DNA of 64,000 bases from Kudoa neothunni (GCA_964304625.1 OZ199838.1:3436440-3500439), one strand, 5' to 3'. Positions 1 through 14,600 are shown, counted from the stretch's first letter. Program-made: numbers and translations. The notes: generated by a model from the letters alone, not told the origin.

Positions 1-1113
1 ACCACAAACGTTATTGTTATTACACGTTCGATCGAAGTCTCAAATTAGCACGCTGCAGCTTGCCAGCGTGGTTAACGCAGGGGACGGCTGATAACCTATC
101 GACCCACCACCACCCACGGGGGCTTTCGATCAGAATCCAGAATCTGCCCGAGATTCCCCTCATAGTGCACGCACTTCAGGAGTTTGAGGATCATTACGCC
201 AAACACTCTAGCTGATGGGCCCCCCGCCGCTATTTGCTGGAATTAATGCTATCTATAGTTAATTATATAAAATAATGTTAATTTTAAAATGACGTCATTT
301 ATTATGGGTTCAACTAATACGATGTAAATTTTTGAGCATAAACGCATAATTAAATGTTTCAAAAATAGTAAATGATACTAAAAATTATAATTTACTATTT
401 TTAATGTTTAAATATTTCGCGCATGCCCTTGTTTAATTCAATGTCTACTTTACGAATTCTGGGATTAGTTAGGATCTATCAGGATTAAAGCATGATTTAT
501 TTAAAAAAAAATAATAAAACAACAATATTATGTATAACATGCTTTAATCAGTGATTTTTTAAGAATTAAGATTTTCTTGCGTAATATAAGTTTCAGACTG
601 GTTTGTGACGTTAGTTCCGTTATAAAATGATGCGGAAAACCAACTAATAAATATCAGTTAGATATTAAAGAAAAAATATTGGTTACGCGACCACTCTCAT
701 ATTTTAATTTATATAAAAATAGAAAGCTGTTAATTTTATGAGGTCAATAATCAGGTACAGCAGAAAATATTATTTTAATAAAATTATGCTGATTTTTCTC
801 CATTTTTATTATACATCATTGATGATTAGAATATTCGCAGGAGTCATCTTATCCTAACCTATATGATTTGATTCGTCCCAATGATTTCTTTTAAAAGCAT
901 CCAATAGTATTGGTGTTAGAGAATATTTATTTCGTTGTTGCTAGGATATATGCTAGGCATCATTTCCCAATTGTATTGCTCGCTATTGGAGTAGAGCGTG
1001 AAATTGTTATTGTTCGAGTTATTGCAGTAACAACGCCAATTTCCATAGTTAATATTGGATCAAACTACGCTTCAATATCAGGGTTTGGAGTAGAGTGAAA
1101 ATTTCAGTCGAAA

Positions 1114-4100
1114 ATGGTATCTGTTAGTTAGAATATTTATTCATCATGTATTATAGTTGAAACTTCGAAGAACAAAACCAACCAAATTAGAATTATTGAA
1201 GGACAGTAAATCTCAAGACGTCATCGATATTGCAAAGGTGATTCAGCTTTCTGTATTCCAAGTCTAATTTATAAGTGTAGGTAGCAGAGTTGGGTTTACC
1301 GTACCATTCGACCACGTTTGTTTACGACCCAACTCTAAGTCTGATAGCTGTTGGGAGCAAAACCGGTGCAGTTAAGATGTATACACGAATTCTGAGGCAA
1401 TGAGTTCTAATTTTTGGTTTTAAGTGTTGGAAACAATGGAGTAGAATTGGAGATAGAGTTGAGTGATGAGGTTGAAGTTAGGCAGCTACTATTTCTAAAA
1501 ATCAACGTATTTTTAATTGCTATTTAATTAATATAGGCTATTTTAATTTCAAATTAATTCATCATAAATTTATCTCGTAGATTTACCTAGATGACCATAA
1601 CATAAATTGACTGAATTTTAACATTTAATAGATTGGCATTATCATCATTTATACCATTGATGGTGTATTCTACATGGAAATTTATCGAGTTTCCAACATT
1701 GACACAACCACCTCACTAATATTGGACGGCAAAAAAAAGTTTGATGAGTAATTATTTTTTAATTTATATTTTTCCAAAAATAATCAAATTTTAAATTGTT
1801 TAACACTATTTTTGACAAAACTATACCGATTCTATTGTAATAGAATAATGAAGATAACGGCCTGTAGGGTCTCGAGAGATGATAACTATCTATACATTGG
1901 TACAAGTTTGGGGCATACTTTTACTTTTGATATCAATCACATGGAATTCACAACTTTAACAGTCAATCAGGATGATATTCTAAAACAGTAAGTTTATCCG
2001 ATGAGCCGCTAGAGTAAATTATGTTGGGTTAGACTTGGACAAACGTCGCACTACGGGCTGGGATCGGTGGAATCTATTTCATTTCCACCAAATAACTTGG
2101 ATCAACCAATTTTGTTGATTGGCTATAGAAGAGGAACCTTAATATTGGTGGATCTGTGTGCTAGCAGAGTTTTAAACTACTTTAGTGTGGGTCCTGAGTT
2201 GGAGTCAGTATTTTGGCATCCATGCGGGAAAATGTTCCTCACAACTCACACAGAAGGAACTATCATTCATTGGACTTTATTTGATGACGACTGTAAACCA
2301 ATTCCATTAGATTGTAGTAGTACACCCTTGAGTATCAGCTCGAAAAGTTGCTTCATCCAACAACCTAACAATCACTGTTCCATATCTCAGGTGGTACCTT
2401 ACGGCCCCTCCCATTGTAAGCCGGTAAACCAAATCTTTTGGTTTGGTTCGCTCTTTCTATTCTCCAATGGAACTCCCTACAAAGAAGAAGCTGATTCGAA
2501 CACAATCACATTGATGGCTGGGGGCACCTTTTTGCATGTGTATTGTTTCAGCTCGCCTATAATCAAATTTGATGTGCTTGTGAGTGGCCCCAAGGAGACC
2601 AACGAGAAAAGACCAGTGGATCCAACACTACATTGGGATTGTTACCCAACTCATCTAATTGTGCTAACTGAGCAGGAATTTGTAGTTGTTGCCATAGAAA
2701 AAAAGTACACTATGCAACGACACACATCCAACATAAAAAAACCAAGCAGCTCAATAGTCAACTCCCAAAAATTATTTCCACTACATTTTCCATGCATCCA
2801 ATTTGTAAACATCAGCTGCATTAAAATTGTGGATAACTGCCCTGACAATTTTATCAACAACCTGATGATTCATGGTAAAACCTATGGACATTATGAGGAA
2901 AGTGGATGGCCTATTGGAGGGGGATATCCTAAACTCTCTTTTGTCCAACGAAACGATCTTCTAATTACGGGGTATTACTTGACGAGACCACCTGAGTTTA
3001 TTTTTTATTATAACTCTTTTTAGACACGAAAATGGAGATATTCTATTCTGGTGGACTAGACCTCAAACCACTTACAAATTGTTGACTAAATTTTCTGTAG
3101 CGTCTTACTACAGAGAATATCTCATGCAAACCGACGATGTGAACAGTATTCAGAATGGCTCCTTCCAGAACACCAACACTATATGCGATAAATCTTTGGC
3201 TGGATTTTTCGAAATTCATTTTGATGACCCTCGATTTCACATACGAAAAATTGAAGTATGCCTTCAAAATAACCTTCTCTACGTGGGAGGCAACGCAGGC
3301 AACGTTACGGTAATCAACTTGGAGAAACACAAGTATTACGATGGAGTTGTCAAGGTGATGAAATGTTGATAAATATTATTTACATTTGGATTGCCATTTT
3401 CGGCTGACAAACATCCTAATTGATGATTGATGATGATGGTAAAATTTTTAGGTAGCAGATTGTAATCTGGTTGAAAACTATCCTCTTTTCAAGTGGAAAG
3501 GAGAACCCAACCTTGTTCTGAGAAACGATATTGGTGAAGGCAGTAATCGTAATTTTCAATTGATCCATCATATAAATATCAACCCGCCAGCACCTATATC
3601 CTGTTTGGCGATAAATCCCCAATTTGGATTGTAATAGCGATACTTTTACAACATTACTATATATTGTGACCTCTAATAATGTAGTTTGGTGTGTGGAACT
3701 TGCCATGGCTATTTGGTCTATGATTGTGTTACTCAAAGCACCATCTACAGTAGAAATACATGCAATCCAAAATGTATTTGCATTTTCTCAAGAGAGATTA
3801 TAATGATTTGAGTTGTTTACCCTGTCGCGAATTATAAACTAACATTCTATATTTTAAGTATAACTGGGTGGTTTAGATATGGTAACAGACGGAAGAAATA
3901 TACATAGAAGATCGTTTATAAGAACGCTTAGAAATTCGTTCCGCAGAATGAGTTTGAAGAAGAAACCTCAGAATAAACTGCAGTCCAAAACACCGCCACC
4001 TCAATTCACGCGTGGCTCCGGGTCGGTCAGAAGAACAATTCCTAACTCTATACACGGTAAAACTTTGTCTATTTTTATCAAAAATCATGTTATCTAATCA

Positions 4101-5452
4101 ATACAGCCGGAAAAATTAACACTCAACCTATCAACATTGATATAAAGTCTCAAAATATTCAAAAATCAGTAAATATTGACAGCATGATCAAACAAGATGA
4201 ATCCATGAGTGGTTATGTGACAGCCTCAAAAATATTTTATGGCGCCTTCAAATCACGTATAACATCAATTTAGCTCATAATATTGAATTTTGTTAACTTG
4301 AGTAAATCTTGTGTATATATTTTTATTAAAATAGAGTATCGAAATGATCTTGCTCTACTAATCGGTACGCAATCAGGAAAGGTCTATATTAATATGCTGG
4401 CAATCGAACATGACCCAGACAAACGACTTACACAATCCATATGCTGCGAGGCAACCAAAGAAATCGTTTTACGCCACAGGGCCTATGTGTTAGATTTTCT
4501 ACTGATCGACCATCACCTGAATGAAGTAGACACACACAAGCTAAATCCACCATCCAACCTCGAGGAAACTACCCAAGTGCTCCACCACAGTTTGATTACT
4601 GTTACCGAAGAGCAAATAAAGGTATGATTTACTTTTTGCATTTAAAACTCCTACTATCATCACTTAACCAATTGAAAACAATTCTAATAAATATTAATAT
4701 TTTTAAAATATACTCAAAATATAAAACTTATTAATTTTGTGTAGATGGTATGCTTACCTTCACTGAAGGTCAAACATAAACTCAAACTGACAGCAATGAC
4801 CGGTAACAGAATAAGAAAATGTGCATTCATCAAAACAAGCTCAAGTACAATTATATTTCTGCTATTTCTCAATCTATTATTATGTTAGCTGATGTAAGTA
4901 TGCATAATTTTCATAAATTTAGATATTAGTTCAGTCGAACACAAAAACTATCTGGTGTGTCTGACGAATTGGGGCCAACTTCTCATAATTAATCCAGCCA
5001 ATTTATCAATACTAAAAACTGTTCATCTTATACATAATTACGATTATAGGTTATCTTATTTTATTTTATTTTATTGGATTGTAATTTTAATTTTGTGAAT
5101 AGAGCTATAAATTCGGTCGGATTCTCATCGTTGGGTTATGGTTATTACCTTTGCTCACCAACGGAACTTAGGCGTTTTTCCATATCAAAGGCTGAAAAGT
5201 CTGTTTTTAATTCATGACGATGTTTATGAGGCTTTATTAACTTTTAGACTGTTTCTCTCCTGCTATATAACGACATCTAAGGAAACATGCTTCTATTTAA
5301 AAAAAAGACCAAACAATTACAACGATAATGATGAGGATCTAAAAAATTTAATGAAACCCTATCAGAATCCTTTCACCCCAACAGACCTGGACGAGAAAGA
5401 TTCGGCAATTTGTCACACTCCTCCCGGCATGGCGCAAGCAAACAAATTTTAG
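1114..5452 (+). CDS. LLGL1: Lethal(2) giant larvae (Lgl) WD40 polarity protein, multi-exon
   Basis: Spliced translation begins M|LKLRRTKP...VAELGLPYHSTTFVYDPTLSLIAVGSKTGAVK (first intron 1117-1156). It contains VPYGPSHCKPVNQIFW, GWPIGGG..DLLITGHENG, the basic aPKC-site stretch RRSFIRTLRNSFRRMSLKK (Lgl rather than tomosyn) and YYLCSPTELRRFSIS. The last exon ends with TAG at 5450-5452. Confidence 0.9.
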
Positions 5453-6120
5453 CTGAGGACACACAAATGTGCAATATTACAAGCTAGAATACACTTTATT
5501 TTTAAAAACCGCATTCTTTGGTTCTTCCCTTTTATTGTGTGCAGATTTTAAAGATTCAGAAGGCCAATTTTTATATTAATTTTTTCAATTTACACTCAGC
5601 AGTAATCTTAATAAATTTCTTCTATAGAAATAGAACATTCATAGTATATTCAACGAGTGGGTATATTTTTCACAAATTCTGAATTATTGCATTCTAAGAA
5701 ACAATATTCTAAAAATTTTAACTCATTCGAATTTTGCTTGCAGTTTTTTAGCAACTTGAATTGTAACATAGCGGGAATTTTTCGGAACTAAGTTTGCTAC
5801 ACGTTTTCATTGATTTTTAGGTACACATGAAATAACACAAAGCACTTTTAATTAGCTTCATTTACGACTTTTAAAGAAATTTTAAAAACGGGAGATTTAA
5901 TTCCCTAAAATTAATTATTTGATCTTGATGTTACAATTAATGAAATATATTTAGAATCTGGTTATTATACATAAAAATTATATCGCATGAAAACTTTTTT
6001 GACTTCTTTAAATAAATAAAAATGTTGATAACTAAAATTATTATTAAAACACTAGTTATAAGTAATATCCACCAGATATTATCGCTATTTGACTTGGCAC
6101 GCGCATAGAGGTGTGCTGAT

Positions 6121-6374
6121 GTTTAAATAGGATATGGATATTGACACGGAAAATTTTTTAATTAAAGTGGCAACCACGCACGGGCAATTTCCATTTTCAA
6201 TCCCGCTGACTTCTATTTGTAGTTGAACTATAAAGTATATTTTTAAAATCGGTTGTATTTAATTATTTTGGGCCCATCGTTAACCCTCTTAGGGTCTAAA
6301 AATAATTAAATACAGTCAAAACTATACCTACCTGAATATTATGATCCGTTTCAATAGTCATATCCTATTTAAAC
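6121..6374. mobile_element. MITE-like element, family A, copy 1
   Basis: About 30-bp imperfect terminal inverted repeats: GTTTAAATAGGATATGGATATTGACACGGA versus the reverse complement of TCCGTTTCAATAGTCATATCCTATTTAAAC. There is also an internal inverted repeat (TGTATTTAATTATTTT / AAAATAATTAAATACA). Related copies lie at ~37566 and ~48572. Confidence 0.7.
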
Positions 6375-6647
6375 TTGATATTTCCACTACTAAATAAACA
6401 CAAATACTTCTCTAACAATTGTGAATAATTATATATATTAAAAATTTTTTGAATATAGTTATTCTCATTTTGAATTATTAAGTAGGAATTTTTGAGACAA
6501 ATTTTATACGATATAATAAAAAAATATTATATATTAAGATGCATGATAATGCTCATATAATTGACATCCAAATAAGACACCATAGAAATTATTGACAGAA
6601 TAATTATAAACAACATAATTGAAAAATTCGCCTAAATAAGATTAAAA

Positions 6648-8311
6648 TTATTTTACTTCTTCAAGTATCTTGAAATTTTCATTCCAAAAACCATCGCCAA
6701 TTATATCTTCATACAGAGCCAGTATTTTAGGAGGGTTTATATCGGCACAATGGCTCGAATGAGAATTATCGAGTGATTTCATAAAAAATCCAGGATTCTA
6801 ATAAATAAAGGATAGTTGATTCCCGGGAACTCCGACAATAAATTCTTACAAGCATATCACGTCTCACCAACAGAGTTCCCTTCCTATAGATGGGTTCAAT
6901 GTTATTGTAGTTGATGTTGAAGGAGCTGAAAAGAAGCTCATTTTTATCCCCACTCAATGTGCCCTAATGAGAAAGTAGAAGATGCGCATATAGAATTGAA
7001 ATAAAACTCAGTGTAACCGCTATCGAAGTTTATTTTTAAGCAACACAACAGTTTAATTAGAAAAATAAAGTTAATTAATAAATATTAAAGTATCACTAAT
7101 GATCTAATGAAAAATTTGTCTTAATTCCAAGCGCCATAGATGCCAAGTTTTCTATAATTTTTAAAAATAGCATTTAGGCTGAAAACAAATAGAAAAAGTA
7201 ATTATCATTTGAACAGAACACAACATATGAGACTATATTTTATCATGCGAGTGGACATTTCCTTATATTTAATTCTGTTTTTTTCGTAAAAAATCCATAA
7301 ATTATTTTAAAGGTCAGAATATCGATTTCATATTAATATCCATATTTTGTGGATTAATATATTATAAAACGATGAGACAATAAAAAATTGGTTATTATTT
7401 TATTAGGTATTTATTGAGATTTTCGGTGGGACAACAAGCGAGTAAATTAATCCTACAATTTTTGCGGAAATTAATCCAATCTATATTCGCCACAGGCAAA
7501 CTAAAACTTAATAATTCAAATACATCCGTTTTAGCGGTGCAGTTAGTTATATTGACAAAGTGCGGTCATCACTAAAAACTACTTTCAACAGATTCTCAGC
7601 CTCTTTAGGAGTCTTCCCTCCTTGGACCAACGACCAAAAACATGTGTTATACAGATTGTTAATGTGACCTTAAATTTTGAAGCTTAGAATTAGAAGTTCG
7701 ACAAAAACTAATTACAATCAGCTTGTCTCCATGATAAATAATCACGTATATTATTGTACAAAGGATAACTCACACATCGGCCATCAAAGGAAGGAGGGTA
7801 TTGTAATTTTTCATCCTCAAAATAAGTTGGCCAATAGAAAACAAATGATGACGCCATAAGTGAAGATATCAAACTGATGAGTTTACTAAATGTATTATTG
7901 ACTGAAAATATTTTAAATCAAGTTTCCCCACTCGCATCGTCGTTGATACGATTTGAATGTTCGACGGAATACAAAACTACATGTATTTTTAAACCATAGA
8001 TGGACTCAGTGAAAATGACCTATATTCGTCACTTTGACCGTAAGCGCAAACAATATCACCAAACTGGGACATAACATGTTCCGCACAGCGATTTAACAAC
8101 ATAAGAGATCTCATATCGTTTGGCTTATTGAAGTGATGATCGTCTGAGAATCTAAACGGTTCATCAATAAGTTTTGGACTAAAACCAATAGAGATAATGT
8201 TGCATACTTGTGAAAAGATTTTCCATCAACCCTAACAACAGTCCAACAGTTTAAAAGAGAAGACGTATTTGTTTCGAATTTTTTAACATATTCAAATCTA
8301 GAATTGGCCAT
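6648..8311 (-). CDS. THG1L: tRNA(His) guanylyltransferase, multi-exon
   Basis: [13 protein letters not shown]...[65 protein letters not shown] and C-terminal [14 protein letters not shown]; stop at 6648-6650. Confidence 0.95.
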
Positions 8312-9538
8312 ACTTCCAGGGAATATTTCGGCAAAAAACTAGCACACTTACACGTGGGACGTGCGCAATAGCTGATAAAAGCTGAAACATTTCTCTACCT
8401 GAACAAAAAAAAGTCTTTTAATCTAGAATTGAGTGTTTTTATGGGAATAAATGCTTCGTGCGATGAAAAAATATAATTGGATAAACAAAAATAACTGGCT
8501 ATAGCGATAATCGTACCTCAATGGATGTTAAGTCCTTTTTTTGCATCATTGCAGTTGATTCGAAGATATCAAACAATTTTTTTAATTATTTATTTTAATT
8601 TTGACACGGTTTTGTTTATATTTCGTTAATAATTAGGAATTTAGTTGGGTTTTTGAAATTATTTCATTATTTTAGTTAAAATTGGATCATTAAATTATTA
8701 TTTAAAAAATAATACTCATTGTTATCTTAATAAAAATTATCGGATATTTTATACAATCAAATATATTTTCTGAGTTATCTACGTATATAAAATACTTTGT
8801 TTGTTAGCCGTCGGTGTGCGGTGTGCCCACAAGTACGCACGTACTCGGGAGGAAAATATATTAGAATAAAGCTTTTTGATGTGCAAATGAAAGATTGTAT
8901 CATTAAAAAAATTCACTAAATTATTTAAAGATAATTGTATAATAAATATTATCATTTAAAGTAAGGAATTCTTTGAAACTCGACTTAAAAATACAAATTG
9001 AAATTTATCGTAGGATTTATGTCGGTTTATTTCAGAGCGATGGCCAATTAAATAGAAGGTTTACTCAGCATATTTAAAAAGAATATTTTAATTAATGTAT
9101 AGATTCACTTTGCAAACATTAATGATACATTCTATGCGAACAATATTGTGATCATTCTAAATTAAACACATAATTAAAGCCAGTCATACCTAAAGTTTTT
9201 TTTTCATTTGAAGATAATATATTATGCGACAATTTATTGTTATAACGATTTAAAAATTCAAAATGTTCAAAAATATTTTCATTAGCCATTATCCTCGAAT
9301 TGTAGAGTAAATGGAAAGTAAACAAATATCCTATTCGTATGTATCATAAATGCGTAAAAATTTTACTCTGTCTTTGAAATGCATGGAAAATTTATTTTTT
9401 ATTCGATTTGTAAACAATGACGTAATGTAACCAATATGTTTACATCGATCAATTTTTTTGCGCACGCGAGTCAGTTTGGATGCCAACTTCTTATTTTCGA
9501 CACTACTCCATAACATATATGAATATTTATAAACTATG

Positions 9539-9758
9539 ACAAATAATTATAAGATTCTGAAATCATTTTGAGACAAATATTAAAAGACAGTCATAGAGAT
9601 ACAATTTTTTCTCTTGCTCATTTATAATTTTGATGAATATTGGGCACAAGAGATTAAAATTATATATTTCAGCAATAGTGGAATGATCTGGTGGCGTTAC
9701 ATACTCCAAAAGAATATTTGTGATGTTCGTAGTGTTTTAAGAATCTTAATTATTTGTG
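9539..9758. repeat. Short element bounded by ~20-bp inverted repeats (possible MITE relic)
   Basis: ACAAATAATTATAAGATTCT at the left versus AGAATCTTAATTATTTGT at the right. Confidence 0.35.
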
Positions 9759-9997
9759 CAAACTTTGAAACGACAATCACAATTTGCTAAAATGACTGAA
9801 ATTAGCATTTTTACCTTTTTGAATTCATCTAAATTTTCGCCAGTAAAGAATGCTGTCGCTCCTTTAATAATTCCTATACAATGCAACCCTGGACTTCGCC
9901 CATAATCTACGCTATTAAAAAACAACCATGTCTAGTTTTTATAAATATATAACAGATAAACATTAAATATAAAAATGAGATATACGATGTAACATAA

Positions 9998-10073
9998 GCT
10001 CCGAAATTGGATTTAAACCTGCATTATTAGCATTAAAAAGCGTTGGTGCCATACCGCTCTGCTCACGATCGGC
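9998..10073 (-). pseudogene. Degenerate tRNA-like sequence (tRNA pseudogene or SINE head)
   Basis: 76 nt on the minus strand: GCCGATCGTGAGCAGAGCGGTATGG...GCAGGTTTAAATCCAATTTCGGAGC. It has A-box-like and B-box-like (GGTTTAAATCC) motifs and partly complementary ends, but the stems are imperfect. Confidence 0.4.
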
Positions 10074-11632
10074 GCGTGATGATAGATGGATTTCATTATT
10101 CCAACATTTTCTGGTTGTTACTAGTTTTTACAACATTTTTTATTGATAATACAACTCAGTAAATTAATTATATTAGGTTTTACATCATTCTTAGAGTATT
10201 GAGATAGGTAATAAAAAATGTTCTTGATATAATAAAATCCATTTTTGGTTTCGTGACGACTACTCTACTTTCAAGTTGATTTTAATTAAAAAGAAATTAA
10301 TTAGAATTTTTGTTCCTAGTTACCTGATAGATATAAATAAAAAGATGACATAACACAATAAATTAAAAAATTTTCATGTTTGAATTTTGGAACAAATATT
10401 GTTATAACATTTTCTTAATCATGAATAAACCCTGTGAAAAAAATTTATAAACTAAAACCCACATAAAGAAATATTATAGTTAAATTGAAACATCTTCGTT
10501 ATGATTTATTCTATTCAAAATCATAAAGTTCTGTTTTTAAAATACGAAGTCACAAGATAGAACATTTACGAACTTACTACTAATGGATACAAATAAAATA
10601 AATCAGTGAACAATTAGCGACTTCAAATTTGTTAAAATTATAGCGAAACAATAATTTTTTGGATGTATTTATCAACAACATAGAGATTCCACGTGAATCC
10701 GAATGTGCTTTACTTAAATTTTATTTCCAGTTTATAGGTTAATTCTTGTTGAACTGCATTTAACTACATACTGTTATTTTTTTGGTGATAAGACTAAAAA
10801 GGAAAAAACTTTTGAAAAAGAAGTGAATTAACAGGACGAATTGTAGGAGAACGACTTTATTTCCGATTTTGTATGCGACACCGCCCGAAGTTCGTACACA
10901 GATACTGTAGTATTGTGGTTTAGCTGATATTTTAAAAGAAATAAAATAGCTTTATTCTAACAAATAATGCATTGCTGAATTTTGATAAGAAAATTTCTTC
11001 TTACATTGATTACAAAAACCCACTGTGAACGAATCACACAATCTCGTTAATATGTTGACTTAATCTCTTCGAACTAGGGGATAAATCTTTGTACCCTCGA
11101 AGTCAACCCTCGACTTTTTGAAGCCCTAATTACAACCCTTGTAAGCCAAATGTCATAATGGATAAATATTTTATGGCCATCATCCGAGAGATTATAATGG
11201 GTTCTCCATATGGGAATTTCTTGTTTACCTTTGTTTCTTGCTCCGACTGGGTTTGTTTCTGAATACCCTTTCGGTGTTGGAATTCCAAAGTGTTTCTGAA
11301 TCAAAATTTTTCTCCTAACTCCGATGTTGCACCTGTATTTGACTAAATATTTTTTTTATGAAATAAACTATAACTCTCTAAAATTTTATACTCTTTACAC
11401 TCAAAAGGAAGCTTAAAAACGGCGCATTAAAACAATTAACAACATTATTTCAACAATCGCTAAATTTTTTGGCGAACTCAACGCTTGCTTTAATTTTAAT
11501 CGAGAGACCACAATACTCTGGACTGGGATGATTCACTATAACTCATAAACAAAAATAAAAACTAAAACACTAAAGAATGCAAAACTATGAACTAATTCTA
11601 AGAAATGCAATAGTTTATTAACATCTGATATC

Positions 11633-14600
11633 TCAGTCAAAGTTAAGTTCACTTGCCTCATCGCCATCATAATCCTCATCTAATAATGGTTATATCAGAA
11701 TAACTAAAGAAAATTCGATTTACCCTCGTCAAAATCATCCATAGAAACATCAGAGAGATCACCAGAGTTTTCTGAGTCGCCAACTGAATAGTCATCTTGG
11801 TCGGATTGTTCAGAAGTGGTTTGTTTTTTCTTTGATTTGGCGCTGTCATGAAACAACCTAAGAGAAATTATCAAAAAGAATAAGCTTACAAGTTTTTTGT
11901 CACGACAAAATTTAATTCATTGGTTCAGTTGGGACAATAAATATTTACAGATTTGCAGAAGCAATCAAATGGCCATAATTTAATTGATCCACGAATAAAT
12001 TTAAAATAAAACACAATAAGACTAACTTCCAGTACACTTAAATATAACGTGTTGTTTATATTACTGGATTAATCATTTTAACTTAAAGATTATTCTGACG
12101 TAGAGACTTGAACTACGGCATTTTATTTTTTGGTAAAAATCTGTAAATTAGCATTAGAGTGGTTGAACTTTTCTTTCTAATTCAGAATATTTAAAATATT
12201 ATTGTATAAAATTAAAATTTTTAAGTAATTTTAATTTTGATGAAGCTTTTTTTGTCTTGATTGAAAAAACAAGAAAATGCAAGAGAGACTTGATCATTGA
12301 TAATACAAGTTCGCATTTTTACCGAGTAATACCGTATTAGAAAATTGATGTTATCGCTCTTATTTCTGAGTTAATCCTTTTTTGACAAAAATATTTATAA
12401 ATAACCTTTCGATTAATTTCTTAAAACAGTAATTTTTAATTACATACCATGAAAAAATTGAAAAACACTCACATATATTTAAAGCTAAATAAGTTTTTAT
12501 GCAGATTAACCACAGAAACGTATTTTACATTGAACTATAAAAAGTTTATTTTATGCTTAATAAAGCTTGAAGTTAAACTTCTATTAGATAGAAAAGTAGG
12601 CATAATCAAATCAAAGTCTATAAATTTTGTTCCTAATAGATTAACGTATAATTTTGTGTAAAAATTAGGAATTGAATACAACCTGTCATGCAAAAAATTC
12701 CAACACATCTTTATTTGTCAAAAAAAGTAAAAAACTACTCACAATTAATCATCTATTTTAATATTCAAAAACTACTCTCCAACCCATTGTTATTGTAATC
12801 ATGCAAAATTAATATTTAAAAGTACTTTAAACATTTATAGTTGATTTCGAGAAACAAAAAATGAATTTAGCGCAAACACTATACACAATGAATGTAGTGA
12901 TTAAAACATTCGTTAACACAAACTATAATTAAATTTACATCGTGCCAAAAACTTGAGCTTAAAAAATCTGACATACTCAGTCCACTCAAGGTCGGATTCA
13001 TCGTTGTACAAATTAGGGGCGTGGTATTCGTCAACTGAATCGACTGCTCCACGCCTTCGTTTCCTAGTTTTTATATTTGAGGAATTTTTCATTTTGGATT
13101 GATAATAGCTACATTCAAGGTATTTTTAAAAATCTATCTTCATCGATAACATGTATTGTATAATACTCATAAAAGATTTTTTCTTCAAGTGACAGCAGTT
13201 TAACTGGTTTATCTAGCACATGACAATCTAAGATAAATTTGAAACAAAAAATCCAAATCGACAGCATTTAACTACTTGTAACTACAGATTTTTGGTTCAT
13301 ATCAACTTTTCGCTACGAATTACAATAAAACAACCAAAAAAAAGAACAACACTCACAGTCATAATAGACACAGAATCTAACAGAAAAAACTCACATGAAG
13401 CACATAAAATCAAATAGCATACCCAATATTTTTTTCTTTGGTGTTTTTGACGAGAATTTTTCAAAAAATCTAACAAAGACACATCAACTATCGTCACCAT
13501 TACCAAAGTATTGTCTACTTAACACTGGTAAAGTCAACAGAGGGGTCGCCTTGGTAAGCAATACAGTGGTTCTACAATATGCAAATATTTCAGTTTTATG
13601 TCAACACATTAATACCTTTGATAGTTGTTGCACAAAATGTGAAACAGTTTTCTGATAGTAGCGTCGTAGGAGATCAAATTCGAAGAGTTGAGTTTTATTG
13701 GCGGCTGCAAATTTCGGATTACGTTTATTTGGGTCATAATGATTGTCAGAAGAGACAGCAATTTGTTGTTTCTGCGTTTTAATAATTCGATTGGTATTTT
13801 TTCTATCCGCGTCTTCAAAGTATTCCTCTCCGTCATCATCGAATAATCCACAATCCAGTTTTTTCCTGAAATCGGCAGGAAGGTCACAAGCAGAGTCAAC
13901 TGTTGACTATTTAACAAAAAATTATCACTCCCCTTGTAATTATAATAAAATTACACCGACTAAAGTTAAATCTGAGCTGTTAGTAATAGATTTTTTTTTA
14001 AGTTGAAGTAATTTTTTCGAGATAGAAGATAAATTCAACAGAATCGTTCCTACAAAAGGAGCAGCACAATGGAGACACACTTGAAGAAGTCGTTTAATTG
14101 CAGCCTACAACAAAAATAGGATTGTTGTCAAGCAAAGATTAATTGGATAAATAGGAATTACAACAATTCTTAACGAGCAGGAATCATTTGAGATTGATTT
14201 GAACAATAAATTCACGTACACATTCTACAACCACCCAATAAATAAAAAACGAAAGCTCCAGCTATCAATATTACCATTATTGTATTGCCTTGATGAAGAG
14301 GACAACGAAGTATGCTCTCATATAGAACTTGATAATAGCGATCTAGTAGCGAAGGTTTGCTGGCAGCGATTTGAAAAAGTAAAACTAGAGATTGAGTGCA
14401 CACTACGAACGAACCAACGTGGCATATTTTAAATAGAACATCGATGTAGTTGTCCAATGTGTTATTTTTGTCTACACACAAGCAACAATAAACAATTTAA
14501 TAGAATGACAGATCGATACCGTTGGAGGTAAAAGGAAGTGCTCTATTAATGCCGGTCAAAAGACTGGTCAACATTTTATTGTCAAGGTGTTTCAAATTTG

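Noticed and set aside
940-1100. U3 snoRNA-like words (CATCATTTC, GAGCGTGAA) upstream of LLGL
   Set aside because: No box C/C' or D at suitable spacing; more likely LLGL promoter or 5' UTR. The 62-aa ORF here looks spurious.
1114-5452. Tomosyn/STXBP5 assignment
   Set aside because: The Lgl-type SFRR phosphorylation stretch is present and there is no C-terminal R-SNARE motif.
11074-11340. 76-aa minus-strand ORF downstream of CEBPZ
   Set aside because: No ATG start, no recognisable motif in any frame, and no convincing linked exons; left uncalled.
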